From NCBI GenBank assembly GCA_964016885.1, contig OZ024743.1, forward strand, positions 377,394,001 through 377,458,000: DNA of 64,000 nucleotides, given 5' to 3'. Shown piece after piece: positions 24,504 through 38,358 of this stretch; the first letter of the stretch is position 1, and every line of letters begins with the position of its first letter. The notes under the pieces were generated by a model, which did no database searches, was not told the DNA's origin, and saw only the letters and a program-made list of their open reading frames with translations. The position numbers and the translations under genes were made by a program. Source of the DNA: Eledone cirrhosa. Taxonomy: Eukaryota.

Positions 24504-25050
24504 GGTGGCTGCCAACTAGTTTTCGAGTACGGCCACTACTTTATTTCCATGTAGGAGAACTCCTACCGATGCGGTGAACGAGTGTGACTTTTTAGTCCAG
24601 CCAGCGACTTGAAAACTCTGGTACAAACACTACACTTGTGACAATTATTGACACATAGTGCTGGGCCCTTGGTACCATGTGATGACAAGTGCAGAGAGAT
24701 CTCCAGATATAAAGCAATGCCTGTGCCGTGAAGCTTTTATAGTGAGCAAAGGCACTGCACAAAGCCAGTCCCACTCTCTTAACCAAGATGATATTTACCA
24801 AAAAGAAGAACAAGTCAACATAATTGGATACCATCAGAGTTGCAGGTGTTATATCAGAGTTTTCCTTCTCCTAGAATTCTGCCTTGACAAAGACTAAGGG
24901 GTCATTTCTCCCGGTGATTTTGGATGGCCATTGACTCTTAAGAGCTCCTTTGCTCCTTTGGTTTTGTTTTTAGTCCTGCAGGATGTCCAAAGTCACCCTC
25001 CTCACCAAGAAACCTTGGTGGGGTTGCCAGTTTAGTCGCCAACGACTAAT
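24504..25050 (-). mobile_element. Non-autonomous bipartite RTE derivative (~550 bp) with 38-bp target-site duplication
   Basis: 5' part with ggcaacc...ctaggagaaggaaaactctgat (RTE 5'UTR-like); 3' part encodes remnant CSVCTRVFKSLAGLKSH; identical 38-mer at 24466-24503 and 25051-25088. Confidence 0.75.
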
Positions 25051-25994
25051 ATATATTATATATAGGCTATACGTGTGTGTGTATACATACATACATACAT
25101 AGAAAGATATACATATATTTATATATATATATATATCCCTATCCACTCCTTCTCCACTCCTCCACTAACACCTTATTCACTCACTCCCTCTCCATACCCT
25201 CACTCACTGACTCCTACCTCGTCTCTGACACTGCCTCCCAACTCATTGCCTTATCACTCACTTTCACTCCCTCTCTCGCACTCACTCACACACTCCTACC
25301 TCGTCTCTGTCACACGAACTTATGATAGCGTCCAATCCCCTCCCACCCCCCCCCCTCCCATAGTCTAATTGTTTTAGTAGTCTTCAAGGAGAGAGAGAAA
25401 GAGAGAGTAAGAGAGAGAGGAAGAGAGAGAAAGAGAGAGAGAGTAAGAGAGGGATAAAGAGTTGGAGACAGAGAGAGGAGGGAGAAAGAGAGAAAGAGAG
25501 AGAGAGAGAGAGGGAGAGAGAGAGGGAGAGAGAGAGAGGGAGAGAGAGAGAGGGAGAGAGAGAGAGAAAGAGAGAGAGAAAGATGTCGGTACAACCGTGT
25601 CTGATGTTCCCTAAACATTGGAAAAAGAAGAAACCAACTGTAAACGTAACTAATAAATTTTACACTAATTGCCCGTGAAATCAGATCCGTATGTCTTTCA
25701 ATAAACATTACATAAACAAAACATTGCTTTTGTACTTTCAATACTACAAAGTACGTTAATGGGAAGGAAGTCATACGCTGTATAGGTTTTTGTTAGAGAA
25801 GCCGTCTATATGTATGTGTGTATGTGTGGGTATGAGTGTTTGTGTAGGTGTGTGTGTGTGGGCGTGTGTGTGTATGTATATGTGTATGTGTGATTGGGTG
25901 TAAGTGTGTATGTGTGTGTATGTGTAAGTACATTTATATATATATATATATACGTGCATATACCTATATATACTTATATATTCATATGTATATA

Positions 25995-26026
<32 letters not shown>

Positions 26027-26050
26027 CACACATACATATACCTATATATA

Positions 26051-26096
<46 letters not shown>

Positions 26097-26098
26097 CA

Positions 26099-26133
<35 letters not shown>

Positions 26134-26331
26134 GTGTATAAACATACACACACATGCACACTCACACACACACATATATATATATATGTATATATATATG
26201 TATGTATATATATATATATGTATATTTATATGTATATATATATGTGTGTGTATACACACACACACACACCCACACACACACACATATATATATGCATGTA
26301 TATATATATGTATATATATATATGTGTGTAT

Positions 26332-26365
<34 letters not shown>

Positions 26366-26433
26366 GCATGTATATATATATGTATATATATATGTGTGTG
26401 TATATATATATGTGTGTATATACACACACACAC

Positions 26434-26504
<71 letters not shown>

Positions 26505-26939
26505 CATATATATATACCCGCAATACTCGTCACTTTTTATCTAAATTCATACTACGACGAAGCTTAGTAACAGTTTCATATATCATCTTGCCATAAACAT
26601 CATGTTTAGTAGATAAAAAAATTGACACAGTCATTATATTACACTATAGAACATATAGTGCAACATATACAGTCTTAGTGACCAAAATGGCGATCAATTT
26701 CACGTTTATAACAGATTCCTTTTTACTCACTGAAAATCGTATTCCAGAACAATGTCCAATTCCTGCACAACACTAAGGTTGCCGGACCAACCAATTTCAT
26801 AAAAACTACCACAACAAACTTACGAAAAGCAGCTGATTGCCTCAGAAAGTAAAACAAAGTGAAAATTCTGCTAGTGAATGATTGATGTGTGTGTGTGTGT
26901 GTGTGTATGTGTGTGTGGGGGGGTGCCTGTCTGTCTGTG

Positions 26940-26970
<31 letters not shown>

Positions 26971-27070
26971 CTGTCTGTCTGTCTATTTCTCTATGTATCA
27001 GCAATACATTCATATGCGGATTAAACTTTAGAGTATCAAAGCTCACCAGTAGCCATAATAAATAAATGTG

Positions 27071-27102
<32 letters not shown>

Positions 27103-27289
27103 ATACGAAATTTCTATACATATTTGTATAAAGCTATGCTTGAAGCGAAATCCTATTTCTATTCTATTATAAGTTGAGCTTCATATGCAGCTTCATATGC
27201 AAATGAGATTAATCACCTCATTTACACAGACGAGAAAACTATATATTCTCGACTGTTTTCAAGTCCAGCAGTAGCAAGCGGTGGGAGGG

Positions 27290-27333
27290 ACCGTCCTGAC
27301 GAAGGCTAGTCAAGCCTGAAATGTATAGACGGT
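27290..27333 (+). ncRNA. Type I hammerhead ribozyme (AUA cleavage)
   Basis: accgtc-CTGACGA-aggct-agtca-agcct-GAAA-tgta-TA/gacggt. A homologous copy at 59291-59335 has lost the CTGACGA segment. Confidence 0.87.
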
Positions 27334-27448
27334 TGTCCCCCTTGCTTCTGCTAGACACCACCAGTGGACGTTAGCCCCGGTGTTTGCATAGCTACGGCTT
27401 CCTAATACCGTGTTTCTTTAGAAATACGAAATATATATATATATATAC

Positions 27449-27490
<42 letters not shown>

Positions 27491-27491
27491 C

Positions 27492-27634
27492 ATTCATTTA
27501 TTATGGCTATTGGTGAGCTTTGTTACTCTAAAGTTTCACCTGTGCACTCACAGGATCACTAGTCTTGTCTGATGATCCCGTGAGTACGCTGGTGAGACTC
27601 CAGAGTAACAAGGCTTAGCCATAATAAATGAATA
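27492..27634. mobile_element. Fold-back unit of two inverted hammerhead-family copies; ribozyme-like motif 27561-27615 (+) with GAGA in place of GAAA
   Basis: agtcttgt-CTGATGA-t-cc..gg-t-GAGA-ctc-ca-gag-TA/acaaggct. The inverted left arm keeps GAAA and a cctgtg/cacagg stem II. Relatives at 57728-57835 and 15245-15303. Confidence 0.65.
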
Positions 27635-27699
27635 TTTTAAACTCTACTTCGGTATTTAGTATTCATTGTCACGTCCGCCAATAATTTACATATAATTTC

Positions 27700-28185
27700 C
27701 CCTCCCCCTCCCTATATTTACTACACAGAACTCTCTTCCAATACCTCTCTATTTCAATTAACACCAAACTTTCCCCTTCTCTATATCTACTACACAGAAC
27801 TCTCTTCCAAAACCCCTCCCTATATCAATTAGCACCAAGCTCTCCCCTCTCAAAATCTACTACACGGCCTATAAATCCCCTCCCTCTATGTCAATTACCA
27901 CCTAACTCTCCCCCTCTCTATATCTACTACACGGAACTCTCTTCCAATACCCCTCTCTATATCAGTTTACACCGAACTCTCCCCATCTCTATATCTATTA
28001 TACGGAACTGTTTTCCAGTCCCCCTCTATATATCAATTAACGCCAAACTCTCCCCCTCTGTATATCTACTACACGGAACTCTCTTCAAATTCCTCTCTCT
28101 ATATCAATAAAAATCAATCTCTCCCTCTCTCTATATCTAATATACAACACACTCTTGCACCTTCCTCTCTATATCAATTACCACT
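27700..28185. repeat. ~69-bp pyrimidine-rich minisatellite, resuming at 33868-34010 after the Tx1 insertion
   Basis: Repeating ctctatatctactacacggaactctcttccaatacccctctctatatcaattaacaccaaactctcccct. Confidence 0.85.
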
Positions 28186-28186
28186 T

Positions 28187-31100
28187 GATATAGACGTGAA
28201 TTACTTCGCTCCAGACTTTTACGGATTATTGTAAAAAAAAACTGTGAGTTCATTGCTCAATTTAATAGCATTGTTTAGTTTAACCCCTTGCCTGGGCCGT
28301 CAGACGTTGAGTCAACTAATTTTCGTCCCTTTCTGGGGCGAAATTTTCATTTTCATCTCAAAACTGTGTAGACTTGGTATCAGCAATGGATGCCATTTCC
28401 ACCTAGCACACTGTCGTGAGTGCCACGTTCACTAAGGAAAGTGGTGGAGGGAAGGTAGGAGTACAAAACTTGCAGCCTTCCCCCTCGCATTATCGAAACA
28501 CGTTGAAAATATTGAAACCACGAAACCAAACCCGGTAAATAATACCAGCACCAACAACAAGAACAATGACAATAACACCACAACCAACAACTGCAACAAT
28601 AGCAACACCAAGGAAAACATGAACAATATTACCAATAGTGACAACAACAGCAGCAACAAAAAAGACAATAACACCAAAACAACATTTGCACAGACTGTAA
28701 AAAAAAACGAACTATACACGCCAATAGACATAACAAATGCTAAACAACTATTACAAGACGCAAAACAATTCGTGACTTTTGGCGAAAACGGTGCTTTTAG
28801 CATCAATTCTACACAGGAATTACGTAGAGTGGCTGTCCAATATCGAACGAAACAAGAAAACCAGCTCAATTATCACAAAATGAAATTGAGCTGGTTCTAA
28901 AAGACGCAATGAAGGACTTAACCTTCATACAAAAAGGTAAACTGTTTGGTAGCATTTCAGTGCTAATGAACAACCAGTCAACAGCACAAAAGTACTCGGT
29001 ATCACCTATTGTGTACCCCCGCTTCACCTTTTTCCCCACATACAGGGGAAAAAGGACACAAAGAATAAAAATAATGAGTATCACACCAAATGTAAATATT
29101 TGGTGGATACTATGTGGAATCATTGACTTTGATGAAGACAAGATAATTTCAATAGAAAAGTCCTCCGGAGGTGTATTGGTGGGACCACCGTAGAAGTTCT
29201 GGTGCAAATGAGCCCAGAACGAATAGCGAATATCCCACAACGCGTACCTCTGGACGGGCTAACTTATATAAACATTTCAGTGGAGGGAAGGCGGCCGTCA
29301 TGTTACCACTGCTTAAGCAGGGGTCACCTGAGGGCTGCCTGTCCTCAATTAACGAGTTAAAAAAAAAAGGCTCTTCTGCCAACCCCGAACACAACAACAC
29401 AACCACCACAACAACAACAACAACCACAACAACACGGAAAAATAACAACACAAAACACTGTTCCACCCAACCCCTCCCCACCTAAAACAAATACAAAAGC
29501 AACCACAACAAAACCCCAAAATATACCCCTCCCCAACAACACGGAAGAGGACTCCGTATCAACGTCACCCAGTGACGACGAGGGAGAACCCTTTCAACAG
29601 GTGAAAAGAAAAAAAAAGGCACCACATTAACAAAAATGCCACAAACACACAACCACCAGCACAAACAGAACAAACATCACAAATAAAAAAACCTACCCCT
29701 CGCCAAAACATAACACATACTACAAAACGCAAACACGCACAAGAACAACAAACAAAAACAAACACAACGCAACAAAAACTCTATACATACATTAACAAGA
29801 ACAATAAAACGTTGATGAAAACAGTAGAAAATAACCCTTCGGTGGAAACCGAAGGGATCACTTTCACCTACGCAGCGAACAAACCGCACCTAATGATGAT
29901 TAGGCTCCCAACGGAAACCTATGTAACTTTGAAAAAGAACCACCCAATGCATGTGGGGACCAACTGCACCAAACCACTTAACCACGTCCTATTGAGATGT
30001 TTCCCCACCCCCACACCAGACACCCACACCCCACCAAACACCCTAATCCCACCACACACTGATGTCCTCACCCCACTACAAACCACCACCCCACCAAACA
30101 ACCCTTCCAACACCCCCATGGAAATTGTGCAGCCTGGTCCCCAGGAGACGAAGAGGTAAGTAATTTCCTTTCCTCTTCCTTTTTAACTCTTCAGCACCAA
30201 CATGGCCAATATAAGAGTTGGATGTGTGAATGCACGCGGCTTGGGGATGTCCTGGAAACAGGGAAAACTCTTAAATGACCTCAGGTCGCACAGAGTGGAT
30301 GTAATGGTTATTTGCGAGTCCAGGATCAGCAGCGAGCGCCAACTGGCCCCCATCTTCGACGACTTTGAGATCTACGCATCTCTCTGTCAGCCGAGGAGTG
30401 GGGTGGGGTTGTCGTTCTGTTGCGAAGATACCTGGGTCTTGCCACACAGAAGGTACACCTGGACCCGGAGGGTCGACTGGTGGTTTTAGACGTCGGTAGT
30501 GGTGAAGGTGGAGCTTTCAGGCTGGTGGCAGCGTATGCCCCATCTGGGACACCGCGACCGGACTTCTTCCGACGCCTGGAGAATTTCCTGGGAACGTCTC
30601 GCTCCTTGCTTTTAGTGGGGGACTGGAATGGTATCCTGGATGCACGTTGGGACTATGTAGGGGCATGTCCCGATAGAGGGGGTGTAACAGCCTCAAACGA
30701 TTAATCGGCCGATTTGATCTGGCCGATAGATATCGACTGGATTTTCCGACTGTGCCACTGTGGACGTGGACTAATCTTAGCGGAACATCTAGGTCGTACT
30801 TAAATAGGTTCCTAGTTAGAAATAAGGATAGGGACATATTAAGCTGTCCACGAATGTTCATGGTTGACTATTCGGATCACAAGTTGGTGACCGGAGTGGT
30901 CAACCTTGATAGAACTCATAGACAGGGACCCGGTTACTGGAAGCTAAACTTGTCTTTACCGACAAACAAAGCTTACAGTAAGCGGATTAGCACTCTAGTT
31001 AAGCAGCGTTTGACGGGGGCAATTGTCAACAGCAGGCGGTGGTGCTCTCTCAAGAGAGAAATTAGTATAGAATCGTAGGTTTTAGTCGGGAATTAGCATC

Positions 31101-33867
31101 AGATAGGAATATAACTGAAAGGGAATTAACAAATAGAGTAGAAGAGGCGATTAGGAGTGGCAACGTGGCCGGCGTGCTGGCGTCAAGAACGGCCCTAGAC
31201 CAGTTCTTTGATGCGAAGCACGAGGGCTACGTTATCAGGAGTAAAATACGTGTTCTGGGTAACGAGGGAGCCAAAGGTATTAGCTGGGCCCGAGTGACAG
31301 AGGCAAAAAGTGGAAACAAGTCCAGGATTCGGTCTTTGAAGGACCAGGATGGACGCGTGATCCTTGAACCTGAGCGGATGAGCGCGGCCTTTCAACGGCG
31401 CTTTGCACGACTGTTCGGGAGGGACGGCAGGCCGGGTGGGGCCATGGATTTAGGTCCATACCTCGACGATCTGGCGCGGCTCTCGGGCGGCGAGGCGAAG
31501 TCCTGCGAAAGGCCAATTTCAGCCGCTGAAATAGGGGAAGCACTGAGCCAATGCGGCAAACGCAAATCTCCGGGTCTCGATGGTCTACCATACGAACTTT
31601 ATGTAGCGATGCCGGGATTGTTCTCCGGTCTCCTCGAGGCGGTCTACTGCAACTGGCAACAGAAGGGGAGAATTCCCAGTTCTGTGACCAAGGGCGTAGT
31701 CACGCTGGTGAGGAAGGACGAGAACAAGGGGGATGACATAGATAACTTCAGGCCCATAACTCTGCTAAACACAGAGTTAAAGATTTTGGCCAAGGTGTTA
31801 GCGAAGAGGTTGGCGCTTGTCGTCGGGAATCTAGTGGGAGAAGCGCAGACATGCGCAATCCCGTCCAGGTCCATACACGACAACCTCCACCTCATGCGAT
31901 ACATCGTAGAGAGGGTAGGGAACGAACCCGGCTTTGGTGGGGCCCTGATCAACTTGGATCAATCTAAGGCGTTCGATAGGGTCGACCATAGGTACCTGGA
32001 TGCGGTGCTCGCGGCGGCAGGCTTCAGACCCGTTTCCAGGGGCTGGATTGCAGCAATGCACAGCAGCAACACCTGCTCGAGGGTCAAGGTGAACGGCTAC
32101 CTCTCGGAGCCGTTCCAAATCACGCGACCCATCCGACAAGATGCCCTATCTCCTCCCTCCTGTATGTGCTGGCTCTCGAGCCACTACTGCGGAAGCTGGA
32201 GCTGTTGCAGGGCATCCCATTGGAACCGGGATTGCGGAAAGCGGTGTCGGCCTGCGCCGATGACGTGGCAGTAATGGTGTCGTACGCCTCGGAAATCGGG
32301 CAGATCGGCACTTACTGGAGGAATATGAAAGGTTCACAGGAGCCAAGCTGAACCGGGACAAGTCCGTCGGTTTGCAACTCGGGACGTGGAGGGGCAAAAC
32401 GATGCCCTCCGACGGCATCGTTGGACGCTGGACGGAGGGACCGGTGAAGCTGCTCGGGCTCTGGTTCGGACCGGACCTCCAGGTGGAGAAAAGCTGGGAC
32501 GAGGTAACGTGCAAGGTGTTTGCACTCGCCCAGAAGTGGGCCGAGTGCAAACTATCCCTGAAAGGTCGAGCGGAGGTGGCGAACGCTTATATAGAGTCCG
32601 TCATCTACTCCCGCTTGACCGTCGTGCTTTGCCCAGAGAAAACACTCGCCAAGCGCGCGCTCTTCCGATTTCTTTGGAAGGAGCGGGCTCCTTTGGTGAG
32701 AAGATCCATCTGCTGTCAACACCCTTCGAACGGAGGGCTGGGGATGCCGTGGCTGACGATGCGTAGACACGCATTAAGGCTACGGCACCTCCAGGTATTC
32801 CTCACCGGTCAGCCGGTGTGGGCCCTGTTTGTGAGGCGAGCCTTTCCGAGACTCGTCTCACTCACCGAGCTGCAATCCTGGATCAAACAAAGACCGAGAA
32901 AAGTGGGCGACTGGCACATTGAATGTGCCCAGGCGCTCACGGCCCTCTGGCAAGCGGATCCGGCAATCAGTGGAGACTCAACCTCAACATTCTATAGAGG
33001 GTTGGTGCGCAGTAAGTGCGACGACGCTCTCGGAGAGGCTCTGGGCATGGCGGAAGACGAGCTGGCCAGTTTGTTCGGTAGGACGTTTGGCCCAGGACCG
33101 ATGGACAACTTCCAAAAGTCCCTGGCTTGGCAATGTTACCGAGGAGCTCTACCCGTTCGGGACAAGCTCTACAGACACGGGCGCCCGGGTAGGGACCCCT
33201 CGAAGAAGATCTGTCCAAAATGCGTGCGTGACGAGGAAACCGTCACACACGCATTCGTACACTGCCCGGGCGTTGCTGACCTGTGGGGCTATGTAGAACG
33301 ACTACTGTCGCGGGTGGGACCAATCCGGTTGACCACCGAGAACATTGTCACAATCAAACCGCTTCCCCCTTTCAAAAACGAAGGAGAGGCGGTTTTCCTC
33401 TGTGTGATAGCCATGGCGAAAGAAGTTTTATGGTGGACAAGGTTGAAAGGGCTGAGGTCAGACACCTATCTCTCCGGCCAACAACTGGTCTTTTTTTTCA
33501 AGTACCACTTTAGAAGAAGGACCAGAATGGAGAAAGAGGTGCTCTACCCCAGCAAGTTTTATGAAAGATGGGTGAAAGTAGCGAGAATGGCCCGAGTGAA
33601 TGGGCCTTCTCTCTATATCAGCCTGTAGGTGAGAGAGGAGAAGAATGAGAAGAAGAAGGAAGCACCCGCTCTTTGCGCTCCTGAAGAGGAGGGTTGCACA
33701 TTTTTTCGGGGGTGTGTGCGACCCATGTCAACGCCCCTCCCTATTGAGGACATCGATTGTTAAATTTAATTTGTTATATGTTTTTTACACGTCTTTTTAA
33801 ATGTATGTAAACTCCCCCCTTTGTATTTGTCCCAATCTTTGATGCCCTGGTGGCAAATAAATAGAAA
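28187..33867 (+). mobile_element. Full-span defective Tx1 element, subfamily B ORF2 with a diverged, degraded ORF1
   Basis: ORF1 fragments 28388-30159 (CYHCLSRGHLRAAC); ORF2 30202-33628; 3' end gtggcaaataaatagaaa. Confidence 0.9.
30202..33628 (+). pseudogene. Tx1 ORF2 (APE-RT-zf-RVT) with several frameshifts
   Basis: GCVNARGL, GDWN, SDH, KSPGLDG, KAFDRVDH, CADDV, CPKCVRDEETVTHAFVHC. Confidence 0.9.
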
Positions 33868-34007
33868 TATATATCAATAAACATCAATCTCTCCCTCTCA
33901 GTATCTAATATACAACACACTCTCCCAACCTTCCTCTCTATATAAATTAGCAAGAAACTCCCCCCCCCCCTCTCTATATCTATATCTATCTCTCCCATCT
34001 GTCTCTA

Positions 34008-34127
34008 CATAACATGTACATATATTGCAGCGCATATAAAAATAGATGTGTTTTGGTAGCGTGGGGAGAAACATATAATGATTGGGGTCATGTCCCCCCC
34101 CCCCTCCCCCCAGTTCCACCGCCCCTG
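34008..34127. mobile_element. Partial hAT-like MITE; fuller copy at 58393-58625
   Basis: Shared internal aacatgtacatatattg..gc.catat..aaatagatgtg; termini cagttccaccgcccctg / ggttccactgccactg versus caggagcggtggga. Confidence 0.5.
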
Positions 34128-35323
34128 ATATATAATATTGTGGTTCTGATAATGATGATGGCGATTATGATGTTGAGGATTATAGTGGTGGTGTTGATGA
34201 TTACGATTATCATGGTTATGCTAGACGAGGGATTGACAGACTCCAGCAATCCTGAATAGAAAACGTCCTATCACTTTCTACTGAATTTTACATCTCGTTC
34301 CCTCACACTTACTCTTTCAACCTGTTTACATCCTCCGCTGGGTTCAGTCAGAAACAATGATCATTTCAGAATACAGTCAGCAGATAAGACGTGATTTTTG
34401 AGGCCGATAGACTGGATTTACCTTTACACCGGGGTACAAGGCTCACATTTCTTTCTGTTTAGCCGAAACGATCGTAAAACAATTAATAATTACATAATAT
34501 TGTTCTCTTATTCTTTTATTGTTTAAAGTAATACACACATACATACTCTCACATGCTCACACACACACACACACGCGCGCACATACATACACATATACAC
34601 GTGTGTGTGTGTGTGAATGTGTGTTATTTTAAACAATGAAAGACTATGAGAACAATATTAGGTAATTATTAATTATTTTACGATGTGTGTGTTTATGGGT
34701 GTGTGTGTGTGGATGTGTGTCGCTGCGTGTGTGTGTGTGTGTGTGTGTGTGTGGCCAATAAATGCCTCATGTCCATACCCAAATATAACAATATCAATTT
34801 CAACACACAATTTCATATCAAGAATCTTGCAGAACAAATACTAAATATAGGGTAGGAGTGTGTATGAGTGTATGAGTGTGTGTACATACGCATGTGTGTA
34901 TATATACATATATATGTGTATATATGTGTATATATATATACTCACAATGCTTTTAGCCAGAGTCGGAGAACGAAATGACGTAGGATTGGTTTAATTAAAA
35001 TCCCATATCTACCGAACACACACACACATACACATACACACACAGATACACACACATACGCACATACACACAACTGTTATTTAAGCCTCATCGCCTGCGG
35101 GGAGCGGGGCTGAAAGAAGTATCTTGACATTAATTCTACTGTACTGTGGTTGACCTGAAAATTACATAGCTGTATCAAAGGAATCATATAAGACCATGTC
35201 TTGTAAACAAATTCACCTCTGATCCTACTTCATAGGCATTCATGGGAGCAATACACAAGGTCACTACTTTACATTCAAGTATAAGTTATATATATATATG
35301 CATGTATGTATAAATATATGTAG

Positions 35324-35375
<52 letters not shown>

Positions 35376-35387
35376 AAATATATGTAG

Positions 35388-35449
<62 letters not shown>

Positions 35450-35745
35450 AAATATATGTAGGTGTATATATATATATATATATATATATGTATTTGTGTG
35501 TATACATATATGTAGTCATAAATACATATCTTTCTATATATATAGGTGGGGGACTGTTCTCACTGCTGCTGCTGCTGCTGCTGCTGCTGTTGTTTGGGGC
35601 TTGTTTCATTTTATTTGGTAGTTTGGTCGCAAGATTAAAAATGTTTTCATTTGATGTAGTTTGTTACTGATAATATATGTATGTATGTGTGTATGTATGT
35701 ATATACGTAAATATGTGTGTGTGTGTATATATATATATATATACA

Positions 35746-35818
<73 letters not shown>

Positions 35819-35861
35819 AATATCTCTCTATATATACATAGAGATACACACACACAAATAA

Positions 35862-35954
<93 letters not shown>

Positions 35955-35994
35955 AATATCTCTCTCTATATATATAGATACACACACACAAATA

Positions 35995-36101
<107 letters not shown>

Positions 36102-36120
36102 CACACACACACACAAATAC

Positions 36121-36186
<66 letters not shown>

Positions 36187-36187
<1 letters not shown>

Positions 36188-36760
36188 GGACTCTCTCCCG
36201 TCGTATTTCGACACATGAGGGTTCGACAGTCTTCTCAGTACATTTTTATGGTGATGCCTTAAAAGGCCCTTTAACTCAGCTGCTGGTTTCCATACACATC
36301 AAAGTCACATTTAGTGTAGACGACAGGAGTTTGAGCGGAGCAGGAAGGAAGGTTTGATCGGATCTTGGTTTTAGATCTTAGATCACGAAGATGAGCCAGA
36401 ATTTTCAAAGTTCTTTATGCCTCCATGGCAGACAGTTCTCCATTTTCTATGATCAGGAGCTAGGGCTTTAAATAAGGTAAAAGGTATGTTAACAGATTTA
36501 AGATTGCACTTCGGTTTGTCTTTATATCTTGTTTACATTACGTGCACTATTATGAGGTTGACTGTATAATAGTAACTTGGGTGTGCGGCCCTCAGTCATC
36601 CGTAGGACATGACCAGCCAATTTAAATTGGGGTTACATCAGAAATGATTCAATCCCACCGATGTCGCACCTCATAAACAGATCGGCATTGGTGAGACTGT
36701 CAGAAAGTGTATAACGACATGTAGAGTGAAGACAATCTTTGTACAGAGCGGGCAGTTATT
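36187..36760 (-). pseudogene. Old RTE (BovB-like) 3' fragment
   Basis: Hand translation ..DSLTNADLFMRCDIGGIESFLM*PQFKLAGHVLRMTEGRTPKLLLYSQ..RYKD..LK..DHRKWR. Confidence 0.65.
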
Positions 36761-37450
36761 TGATATACTAGAGTTGCGGTAAATTCATTGATTTTATTTT
36801 TATCTTCGTCGGTATTATTTACCTTATACATACTGACTCATTAATATATACCTATATACATAATAGTTATTCAAATATTTATAACAATAAGTACTTCAAA
36901 AGCTTTACATACCTAATATGTTGAGATATTTGTTAAAATTTAGATTTAGGTAATTAATCAACAGTATAATATTCCATTCTTTACGTGCCAGCTTTAAAAT
37001 GTTATTCTCACAATTCAGAAATTTAGAAATGATAACACACTTATCGAATTTATATAAATAATATATAAATAAATAGCAAATAATCCTGAAATCTGGAGTC
37101 TTCACATTAATATTATAAATTAAATATTTTCAAAGTCTAACCGTTTAACTTTCGAAAAAAAAAACCCACGCTTTATCTTTCCCTCCTTATAAATCTTTTT
37201 CCAGTGGCTATCACTGGCTGTTGTGACTCATAAGATGTTTCCCTAGATATATTATATTGTAATATCATACAATTTAAAATTTTAGAACACTTTAAGTATG
37301 CAACGTTTTTTCTTACTCACACACTCTCTAATGAATTCATTACGTTTTCGCACTCTCACACAGATATTATATAAGTAAAACTTTCTATCGGGTAATCACT
37401 ACCTTGATTAAATCTTAACCATTTAACATATCAGGGTATGTCATGTATCA

Positions 37451-37511
37451 TTATATTTTGTCTGATGAGGACGTACTGTTGTACATCCGAAATATGTATA
37501 ATAAAATGTAA
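37451..37511 (+). ncRNA. Type I hammerhead ribozyme (mini-element family)
   Basis: ttatattttgt-CTGATGA-ggacgtac-tgtt-gtacatcc-GAAA-tatgta-TA/ataaaatgtaa. Confidence 0.83.
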
Positions 37512-37541
37512 TTGATCAAAAGAACATCTATTTTATTAATA

Positions 37542-37586
<45 letters not shown>

Positions 37587-37609
37587 CATAAGAATAAAAT
37601 TAGTCCTTC

Positions 37610-38326
37610 ATCAGTGATCTTCCAGCCTTCATTGGTATTTCATCGCTTTAAAGATCATATACCTCTGGTTGGTGCGAGCAACGGTTAAAGAAAGTCGTTG
37701 GGACACGTAAAATAGGGTGAAACGAGCGAGACATGCAAACAAACAAAGATGGTAATGCAACGAAAAGTGAGGAAGAAGGAGTCAAGTCCCTGAAATCGAT
37801 GAATTTAAGTTCTGTGAAATCGTAGACGAGAGATAAAGACCATCCAACCTGGGTGAAATGTGAGCGAGAAAAGGATTTCACACAGGTCAAACGGGAGGAG
37901 GTAAGGGAGAGGGAGTAGCAGAGAGTGAGTGAGTGAAAGTGTGAGGAAGAGGCTAACTGAGAGAGTGACTGGCAGAGGGAGTAAAAAGAAAGTGAGAGAT
38001 ACAGAGAAAGGGGAAGCAGTAAGAAAGAAACAGACGGGTCACAGTGGAGGAAAATGTATGTGAAATCCTTTTCTCGCTCACGTTTCACCCAGGTTGGATG
38101 GTTTTTATCTCTCGTCTACGATTTCACAGAACTTAAGTTCATCGATTTCAGGGACCTGACTCCTTCTTCCTCACTTTTCGTTGCATTACCATCTTTGTTT
38201 ATTTACATGTTTCGCTCGTTTCACCCTATTTTACGTGTCCCAACGACTTTCTTTTGCCGTTGCTCACACCAACCAGAGGTATATGGTCTTTAAAGCGATG
38301 AAATACCAATGAAGGCTGGAAGATCA

Positions 38327-38331
<5 letters not shown>
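37610..38331. repeat. Fold-back element, ~273-bp inverted arms with 176-bp purine-rich spacer, between (TA)n runs
   Basis: 37610-37882 is the reverse complement of 38059-38331 with scattered mismatches. Confidence 0.9.

Positions 38332-38358
<27 letters not shown>

Noticed and set aside
34220-34490. Two hammerhead-like remnants (ctagacga-gggattg/caatcct-gaat; agcc-GAAACGATCGTA with an inverted tail at about 34630-34684)
   Set aside because: Core incomplete and stem I not recoverable; probably decayed relatives, so not counted
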